The translations under genes were made by a program, and so were the position numbers. The notes under the pieces were generated by a model. That model saw only the letters and a program-made list of their open reading frames with translations. It did not search any database and had not been told where the DNA came from. A stretch of DNA of 51,619 nt from an uncultured Acetobacteraceae bacterium (GTDB lineage: Bacteria; Pseudomonadota; Alphaproteobacteria; Acetobacterales; Acetobacteraceae): contig CAXUJE010000001.1 of NCBI GenBank assembly GCA_964251035.1, forward strand, positions 1 to 51,619. Direction: 5' to 3'. Below are positions 44,876 to 51,619 of the stretch, in pieces; position 1 is the first letter of the stretch; each line of letters begins with the position of its first letter.

Positions 44876-46435
44876 ATGATGTACTTCAGCCGCCTCAAGA
44901 TCGCGCTGATCCTCGGCGTCTGCGTCCTGGGCGCGCTGCTCTGCCTGCCCAACCTGCTGCCGGCGCCGGCAAGCTGGATGCCATGGCAGCAGGTGCATCT
45001 AGGCCTCGACTTGCGCGGCGGCAGCTACCTGCTGCTGGAGGTCGACATGGCCGCGGTCGTGCGCGAGCGGCTGGACAGCATGGCGGACGGCGCGCGCACG
45101 GCGCTGCGCGGCAAGGTGACGGGCTTCCAACCGCCGCAGCCGCAGCCGGCGCAGAACCGCGTGCTGATCCGCATCAACCCCGGCCTGCAGCAGGAGGAGG
45201 CGGTGCGCCTGCTGCGGGAAGCTGCAACGTCTGCCGGGCCAGCCGAGTACGACGTGACGGCTCAGGACAACGAGGTCGCGTTGTCCCTGTCGCCCGCGGC
45301 GCTCCGGGACCGCGCCAACTCCGCCGTGCTGCAATCCATCGAGATCATCCGCCGCCGCATCGACGAGACCGGCGTGCTCGATCCCGTCATCACCCGGCAG
45401 GGCGCCGACCGCATCGTCGTGCAGTTGCCTGGCGTCGAGGACCCGAACCGCATCAAGGAGCTGCTCGGCCGCACCGCGCGCATGACGTTCCGTTTGCTGG
45501 ACGAGACGGCGAACCTCGGCGCGGCGCCCCCGCCCGGCGTGGACTTCCTGCCGATGGAGGGCCAGCCCAACGTCAAGGAGCCTGTGCGCCGCCGGGTCGA
45601 GGTGGATGGGGCCAGCCTGACCGACGCGCGCCCGGGCCAGGACACCCAGAACGGCCGCTGGGTGGTGAACTTCACCTTCGACAGCGTCGGCGCCCGGCGC
45701 TTCGGCGACGTGACCACCGCCAACGTCGGCCGCCGCTTCGCCATCGTGCTGGACGACAAGGTGATCAGCGCCCCGGTGATCCAGACGCCGATCACCGGCG
45801 GGCGCGGCCAGATCAGCGGCAACTTCAACGCCCGCAGCGCCCAGGACCTCGCGGTGCTGCTCCGCGCCGGCGCCCTCCCTGCCCCGCTCACCGTGGTCGA
45901 GGAGCGCAGCGTCGGGCCGGAGCTGGGCGCCGACAGCATCCGCAACGGCGCCATCGCGCTGGCCGTCGGCTTCTTGCTGGTGATCGCCTACATGGCGGTG
46001 TTCTACGGGCTGTTCGGCTGGTTCGCCAACATCGCATTGCTGGTCAACCTGGTTTTACAGATCGGGTTGCTGTCGCTGATCGGGGCGACGCTGACGCTGC
46101 CGGGCATGGCGGGCATCCTGCTGACGCTCGGCGTGGCCGTGGACGCCAACATCCTGATCAACGAGCGCGTGCGGGAGGAGGTGCATAACGGGCGCACCCC
46201 GCTCAACGCGCTGGAGACGGGGTTCCGCCGCGCCTACAGCACCATCATCGACAGCAACGCGACCGCGTTCCTGGCGCACGTCATGCTGTTCGTGTTCGGC
46301 TCCGGCCCGGTGCGCGGCTTCGCCGTCACCATCACGGTCGGCATCGTCACCACGCTGTTCACCGCGACCCTGTTCGCCCGCATGCTGACGGTGCGCTGGT
46401 ACGTCGCCACCAAACCCGCCTTGTTGCCGGTGTAG
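44876..46435 (+). CDS. secD: Protein translocase subunit SecD
   Basis: LGLDLRGG, RRRID, IVVQLPG, AIVLDDKVISAP, LRAGALPAP, VGPELG, AVDANILINER, GFAVT. Confidence 0.97.
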   Translation: MMYFSRLKIALILGVCVLGALLCLPNLLPAPASWMPWQQVHLGLDLRGGSYLLLEVDMAAVVRERLDSMADGARTALRGKVTGFQPPQPQPAQNRVLIRINPGLQQEEAVRLLREAATSAGPAEYDVTAQDNEVALSLSPAALRDRANSAVLQSIEIIRRRIDETGVLDPVITRQGADRIVVQLPGVEDPNRIKELLGRTARMTFRLLDETANLGAAPPPGVDFLPMEGQPNVKEPVRRRVEVDGASLTDARPGQDTQNGRWVVNFTFDSVGARRFGDVTTANVGRRFAIVLDDKVISAPVIQTPITGGRGQISGNFNARSAQDLAVLLRAGALPAPLTVVEERSVGPELGADSIRNGAIALAVGFLLVIAYMAVFYGLFGWFANIALLVNLVLQIGLLSLIGATLTLPGMAGILLTLGVAVDANILINERVREEVHNGRTPLNALETGFRRAYSTIIDSNATAFLAHVMLFVFGSGPVRGFAVTITVGIVTTLFTATLFARMLTVRWYVATKPALLPV

Positions 46436-46440
46436 CCGCG

Positions 46441-47394
46441 ATGTTCCTCCGCCCCTTGTTCCGGCTGGTTCCGGACCACACCAAGATCCAGTTCATGCGC
46501 GGGCGCTACGTCGGCCTCGCCACCTCCGCCGTGCTGTCGCTGCTTTCGCTTGGGCTGTTCTTCTACCCGGGCCTGCACCTTGGCATCGACTTCCGCGGCG
46601 GCGTGGTGATGGAGGTCCGCACCCCCGGCCCGGCCGACTTCGGCAAGATCCGCGCGGCGCTCAACACGGCCCAGGTCGCGCAGGCCGGTCTGCAGCGGTT
46701 CGGGGGCGCCGACCAGGTCATCATCCGCATGGACCCGCAGGGCGACGAGAAGTCCACTCAGGCGACCGTCACCCGCGTGCGCCAGGCCCTCGATGAGGCG
46801 CAGCCCGGCAGCCGCATCGTCCGCACCGACGCGGTCGGCGCCGCCGTGTCCTCCGAGCTGTTCCGCAACGGCATGCTGGCGCTCGGCATCAGCCTGCTGA
46901 TGATCCTGGTCTATATCTGGTTCCGCTTCGAGTGGCAGTTCGCCGTGGGCGCCGTCGTGACCCTGATCCTCGACGTGACCAAGGCGATCGGCTTCCTGTG
47001 CGTGACCCGGATCGAGTTCGATTTGGTGATGGTGGCGGCGATCCTGACGGTGATCGGCTACTCCACCAACGACAAGGTTGTCGTCTATGACCGCATGCGC
47101 GAGAACCTGCGCAAGTACAAGACCATGCCGCTCCGCCAACTCATCGACCTTTCGATCAACGAGACGCTGAACCGGACGCTCGGCACCTCGATGACGGTGT
47201 TCCTGGCGAGCCTGCCGCTGGCGCTGTTCGGGGGGGCGTCGCTGTCGGGGTTCGCGCTGATGATGCTGTTCGGCATCGTGGTCGGCACCTCGTCCTCAAT
47301 TTTCATCGCGGCGCCGATCCTGCTGCTGCTGGGAGAGAACCGGCTGCGGCGGGATGCGCAGGCGGTGCCGGTGGTGGCGGGGCGGAAAGCCTAG
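46441..47394 (+). CDS. secF: Protein translocase subunit SecF
   Basis: GIDFRGG, YIWFRFEW, IGYSTNDKVVVYDRMREN, SINETLNRT, GTSSSIFIA. Confidence 0.97.
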   Translation: MFLRPLFRLVPDHTKIQFMRGRYVGLATSAVLSLLSLGLFFYPGLHLGIDFRGGVVMEVRTPGPADFGKIRAALNTAQVAQAGLQRFGGADQVIIRMDPQGDEKSTQATVTRVRQALDEAQPGSRIVRTDAVGAAVSSELFRNGMLALGISLLMILVYIWFRFEWQFAVGAVVTLILDVTKAIGFLCVTRIEFDLVMVAAILTVIGYSTNDKVVVYDRMRENLRKYKTMPLRQLIDLSINETLNRTLGTSMTVFLASLPLALFGGASLSGFALMMLFGIVVGTSSSIFIAAPILLLLGENRLRRDAQAVPVVAGRKA

Positions 47395-47423
47395 CCAGAT
47401 CACCTTTTGCCCCTGCCCGGCCC

Positions 47424-48719
47424 GTGATCGGTCCCATCCTGGCGCGGCGCGATGCCGTTGGCTTCTGGATCGCCGTCCTGCTCACAGGCATTGGCACGGG
47501 GCTGGCCGCTGCGCTGCTGACCAAGTTGCTGGAATTCGTGCAGCATACGGTTTGGTCCGGGGCCGGGTCCGATCTGCTGGACGCCGCGGCACAGGCATCG
47601 GCGTGGTGGCACGTCGCAGCACTTTCAGCCGCCGGATTGCTCACCGGCGGCGGCCAGCTTCTGCTCGTCAGGCTGTCGAGCTCCAACAGCATCGACATCA
47701 CGGCCGCCATTTGGTTCCACGCCGGGCGGTTGCCGATCGTCCGCACGCTGGGCAGCGCCGTGCTTTCGGTGCTCGTGGTCGGCATGGGAGCCTCCCTGGG
47801 CCGCGAAGGTGCCCCCAAGCAAACCGGAGCGGTCATCGCCAATGTGCTGGCTGATCAGATACAACTCTCAGACGATATCCGGCGATTGCTGGTCGCCTGC
47901 GGCGCAGGCGCCGGCATGAGCGCAGCCTACGGCGTGCCGCTCGGAGGGGCATTGTTTTCGCTTGAAGTGCTCCGCGGCGAACTGGCGCTTCGTTACGTCT
48001 TGCCGGCGCTCATCGCGTCGCTGATCGCAACTGGCGTGTCATGGGCCTTTCTGCCAGACGCTCCGACCTATTTGATCCCGGCCTACCCTGCCTCGGCATC
48101 CAGCGCCGCTTGGGTCGTGCTGGCCGGACCGATCATCGGATTCGTTTCAGTTTCCTACGTGCGCGCGGTAGCCTGGGCCGATCACCACCGATCGAAAGGG
48201 GGCTGGCGCGTGGCGGCGCCAGTGCTGGCGTTGACCCTTCTGGGGGTTGTATCAATCGGTTTTCCGCAGTTGCTGGGCAATGGACGCGACGTAGCGGAGT
48301 TGGCGTTCACCGGCCAGGTCACAACCCTGATGCTGCTTGCGCTGCTGGCACTCAAACCGGCAGCCACCCTGCTCTGCCTCGGCAGCGGCACGCCCGGCGG
48401 CCTGTTCACACCGTCCCTCGCCTTCGGCGCCCTGCTTGGCGGCGTGTTGGGCATCCCGTGGTCGTATGTCTGGCCGGGGGTGCCTCCTGGCTTGTCTGCC
48501 GTGCTCGGGGCTGCCGCCATGCTGGCAGCGACCACCCAGGGGCCGATCTCCGCCGTCGTGCTGATGATGGAACTTACGGGGCAGGCCAGGGCCTCCCTGG
48601 TGCCGATGCTCCTCATCGTGGCACTCGCAACCCTTACCGCTCGTACGATTGAGCCAAGGTCCATCTACGATGCTCGCCTGAGCGACGCAGAGGTCCAGGA
48701 GCGTCAACGCCAACGATGA
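47424..48719 (+). CDS. CLC-family chloride channel/transporter, atypical motifs
   Basis: GASLGREGAP, ACGAGAGMSAAYGVPLGGALFSLE, GGLFTPSL, MELTG, SIYD; no CBS domains; GTG start without a clear SD. Confidence 0.88.
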   Translation: MIGPILARRDAVGFWIAVLLTGIGTGLAAALLTKLLEFVQHTVWSGAGSDLLDAAAQASAWWHVAALSAAGLLTGGGQLLLVRLSSSNSIDITAAIWFHAGRLPIVRTLGSAVLSVLVVGMGASLGREGAPKQTGAVIANVLADQIQLSDDIRRLLVACGAGAGMSAAYGVPLGGALFSLEVLRGELALRYVLPALIASLIATGVSWAFLPDAPTYLIPAYPASASSAAWVVLAGPIIGFVSVSYVRAVAWADHHRSKGGWRVAAPVLALTLLGVVSIGFPQLLGNGRDVAELAFTGQVTTLMLLALLALKPAATLLCLGSGTPGGLFTPSLAFGALLGGVLGIPWSYVWPGVPPGLSAVLGAAAMLAATTQGPISAVVLMMELTGQARASLVPMLLIVALATLTARTIEPRSIYDARLSDAEVQERQRQR

Positions 48720-48785
48720 TTTTCCCGGAACGGTGGCGACGCGACGTGACGAGGTTCGGCGTCGTAGCCCGGGGGTGGGACCAGG

Positions 48786-49970
48786 CTATCGGTTGCCCGA
48801 CCAGACCACCTGATACAGCGCCACGATCTCCGCCTTGGACGGCACCCGCGGGTTGTTGGCCGGGCTGCCAGACGCCAAGGCCTGCTCTGCCATCATCTCC
48901 AACCGCGCATCCCACGCCGCCTTGTCGATGCCGAACCCGCCGGGCGCCGGCACGTCGAGGTCGCGGTTCAACTGCGCGAGACCGTCCGCCAACTTCTCCG
49001 CCGCCGTCTCATCTGAATCGCCTGATGCCGCAAAACCGATGCGCCGGGCCGCCTCGGCATAGCGGGGCTGCGCCGCTTCCAGCCCAAAGCGCGTGACTGC
49101 CGGCAGCAGCATGGCATTGGACAACCCATGCGGCACGTGGAACGCCGCGCCGATCGGCCGCGACATGCCGTGCACCAAGGCAACCGAGCTGTTGGTGAAG
49201 GCGATCCCGGCCTGCATCGCGCCCAGCATCATCGCCTCCCGCGCCGAGGCGTTGTCCGGCTCGGCATACGCGGTCCGCAGGTTGGCACCGATCAGCGCCA
49301 TTGCCGCCAGCGCCTGCGTGTCCGAATACGGGTTCGCCCGGCTGGACACATACGCCTCCAGCGCGTGGGTCAGGCTGTCCACGCCGGTGTCGGCGGTGAT
49401 GCGCTTCGGCACGGTGAAGGTCAGCTCGTAATCCACCACCGCCGCCAGCGGCAGCGCGCCCATGCCGGCGATCAGCATCTTCTCGCCGCGCTCCGTGTCG
49501 GTGATGACGGTGAAGCGCGTCGCCTCGCTGCCGGTGCCGGCCGTGGTCGGGACCGCGATCACCGGCAGCCCGGCCGCGTCCGCCTGCACCGGCACCTTGA
49601 AGTCCCGCATGTGCGACCCGGCGCCGCCCGCCCGCCCGTGCGCCAGAATCGACATTGCCTTCGCAGTGTCGATGGGTGACCCGCCGCCGAAGCCGATCAG
49701 GCAGTCATACAGCCCGGCCTGCAGCAGCGCCGCGCCGGCGTCGACCACGGTGTCCGTCGGCTCCGGCACGGTGTCGCTGAACACCGCGGCGGCAAGCCCG
49801 GCTGCCTCCAACGGGTCCAGGCAGCGGCGCACCAGGCCGGAGCGGACCATGTAGGGATCGGTGACGACCAGCGGACGCGACAGGCCGAACTTGGCCAGCA
49901 CGCCCGCCAGTTCCTTGACGCTGCCGCCGCCCACCAGCATCAGCCGGGGCGAGACGATGGTGGCGCTCAT
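48786..49970 (-). CDS. Iron-containing alcohol dehydrogenase
   Basis: [47 protein letters not shown]. Confidence 0.93.
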   Translation of the reverse strand: MSATIVSPRLMLVGGGSVKELAGVLAKFGLSRPLVVTDPYMVRSGLVRRCLDPLEAAGLAAAVFSDTVPEPTDTVVDAGAALLQAGLYDCLIGFGGGSPIDTAKAMSILAHGRAGGAGSHMRDFKVPVQADAAGLPVIAVPTTAGTGSEATRFTVITDTERGEKMLIAGMGALPLAAVVDYELTFTVPKRITADTGVDSLTHALEAYVSSRANPYSDTQALAAMALIGANLRTAYAEPDNASAREAMMLGAMQAGIAFTNSSVALVHGMSRPIGAAFHVPHGLSNAMLLPAVTRFGLEAAQPRYAEAARRIGFAASGDSDETAAEKLADGLAQLNRDLDVPAPGGFGIDKAAWDARLEMMAEQALASGSPANNPRVPSKAEIVALYQVVWSGNR

Positions 49971-51061
49971 GTGGCCGCCTGGTGAGCGGCCCGGCGATCG
50001 GCGTAGAGCGCAAGGCGCCGCGCTGCCGCCGGGCTGGCAGCCTGCGCCGCCTCCATGGCCGCCATGGCGGGCAGGTCCTCTGCGAGATGGCAGGCCGAGA
50101 GATGGCCGGGCTCGATGTCGTGCAAGGCGGGGTCCTCGGTACGGCAGCGGCCGATGGCGAACGGGCAGCGGGTGTGGAAGCGGCAGCCCGGCGGCACGTT
50201 GGCCGGGCTGGGCATGTCGCCGCCCGGGGTCTCGCCTCCCACCGCGGACCGCGCCAGCTTGCGATGCGGGTCGGGGCGCGGGATCGCCGACAGCAGGACG
50301 CGCGTGTAGGGGTGCCGCGGGTTGGCGAACACGGCGTCCTTCGGCCCGATCTCGACGATGCGGCCCAAATACATCACCGCGACCCGGTCCGCCACATGCT
50401 TCACCACAGCCAAATCGTGCGCGATGAACAGGTATGACAGCCCCAACTGGACCTGCAAATCCTTCAGCAGGTTCACCACCTGCGCCTGGATCGATACGTC
50501 GAGCGCGCTGACCGGCTCATCGCAGACCACCAAGGCCGGCTCGACGGCGAGCGCCCGGGCGATGCCGATCCGCTGCCGCTGCCCGCCGGAGAACTCATGC
50601 GGGTAACGCCCGGCGTGATACGGCGCCAGGCCCACAAGGCCAAGCAGCTCCGCCACCCGCGCCCGCCGCGCCGCGCCGTCGCCGATGCCGTGCACGATCA
50701 GCGGCTCCTCCAGGATCTCGGCCACCGTCATGCGCGGGTTGAGCGAGGCGAACGGGTCCTGGAACACGATCTGCATCCGGCGGCGCAGCTTGCGCATGGC
50801 ATCGCCGCGCAGCCCGGTGATGTCCGCGCCCTCGAACCGAACCGTGCCCGCGGTGGGGTTGATCAGCCGCAGCACCAGCCGCGCCGTCGTGCTCTTGCCG
50901 CAGCCGCTTTCCCCCACCAGCGCCAGCGTCTCGCCGCGGAACAGCTCGAACGACAGGCCGTCCACCGCCCGCACTTGTCCCGTCGTGCGCGACAGCACCA
51001 GCCCGCGGCGGATAGGATAATGCTTGGCGAGCCCCGCGACCTCCATCAGCGCCTCCGTCAT
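49967..51061 (-). CDS. Dpp/Opp ABC transporter ATP-binding protein (DppF/OppF-like)
   Basis: [48 protein letters not shown] oligo_HPY domain. Confidence 0.94.
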   Translation of the reverse strand: MTEALMEVAGLAKHYPIRRGLVLSRTTGQVRAVDGLSFELFRGETLALVGESGCGKSTTARLVLRLINPTAGTVRFEGADITGLRGDAMRKLRRRMQIVFQDPFASLNPRMTVAEILEEPLIVHGIGDGAARRARVAELLGLVGLAPYHAGRYPHEFSGGQRQRIGIARALAVEPALVVCDEPVSALDVSIQAQVVNLLKDLQVQLGLSYLFIAHDLAVVKHVADRVAVMYLGRIVEIGPKDAVFANPRHPYTRVLLSAIPRPDPHRKLARSAVGGETPGGDMPSPANVPPGCRFHTRCPFAIGRCRTEDPALHDIEPGHLSACHLAEDLPAMAAMEAAQAASPAAARRLALYADRRAAHQAAT

Positions 51062-51619
51062 GCCGCCAGGTCCTCGACCGGCGCCTGGATGCAGGCGGCC
51101 CAGTGATCGGCGCCCAGCCCGCGCAGCGGCGGATCGACGCGGGTGCAGGCGGGGGCGGCGAACACGCAGCGCGGGTGAAACCGGCAGCCCTCCGGTAGGG
51201 CGAACGGCGCCGGGACCGATCCCTCGATGGCCAGCAGGCGGGACCGGGTTTCCTCGATCCGGGGAATGCTGCCCAGCAGGCCCAGCGTGTAGGGATGCTG
51301 CGGATCGTCGAAGATTGCCGTGCCGCTGGCGCGCTCCACGACGCGGCCGGCGTACATCACCGCCACCTCGTCCGCCATCTCCGCCACCACGCCGAGGTCG
51401 TGGGTGATCAGGATGATCGCCATGCCGGACTGCGCCTGTAGGTCACGCAGCAAATCGAGGATTTGCGCCTGCACCGTCACGTCCAGCGCCGTCGTCGGCT
51501 CATCGGCAATCAGCAGGTCCGGGCCGCAGGACAGTGCCATCGCAATCATCACCCGCTGCCGCATGCCGCCGCTCATCTGGTGCGGGTAGTCGTCGAAGCG
51601 GCGCGCCGCCCCGGGAATG
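51058..51619 (-). CDS. Dpp/Opp ABC transporter ATP-binding protein (DppD/OppD-like), 5' part outside the window
   Basis: [42 protein letters not shown]; frame open to the window edge. Confidence 0.92.
   Translation of the reverse strand, partial: IPGAARRFDDYPHQMSGGMRQRVMIAMALSCGPDLLIADEPTTALDVTVQAQILDLLRDLQAQSGMAIILITHDLGVVAEMADEVAVMYAGRVVERASGTAIFDDPQHPYTLGLLGSIPRIEETRSRLLAIEGSVPAPFALPEGCRFHPRCVFAAPACTRVDPPLRGLGADHWAACIQAPVEDLAA

Overview
GC-rich, gene-dense chromosomal segment, most likely from an alphaproteobacterium (Acetobacteraceae/Roseomonas-like by gene style; inference). It carries about 45 CDS. I saw no rRNA, tRNA, CRISPR array, integrase, transposase or phage gene. The left 13.5 kb is one tightly coupled alpha-glucan/trehalose operon (treS-mak, glgB, treZ, malQ, treY, otsA). 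The rest is mostly metabolism and housekeeping: Dpp/Opp- and NitT/TauT-type ABC importers, tartrate dehydrogenase, ABC-F (Uup), nth, an RraA-like aldolase plus malate synthase G, a CNNM/CorC protein, an HDAC-comM pair facing yraN, nudF-sseA-metC-hisI, lpxB facing a GnnA-like oxidoreductase, secDF and a CLC protein. No complete novel multi-gene system is evident. The best leads are: (1) an XRE regulator whose C-terminus resembles the actinobacterial WhiJ/Scr1 (DUF5753) domain, with no DUF397 partner and a perfect 10-bp inverted repeat upstream; (2) an orphan Xre-antitoxin-like HTH protein after otsA; (3) an intact-ORF NdvB-like GT2 with degenerate catalytic motifs; (4) a deacetylase coupled to comM and convergent on yraN; (5) an atypical CLC. 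Two short clusters of T>G/A>C changes in conserved motifs look like base-calling errors. All family calls come from motif recognition by eye, not from database searches.
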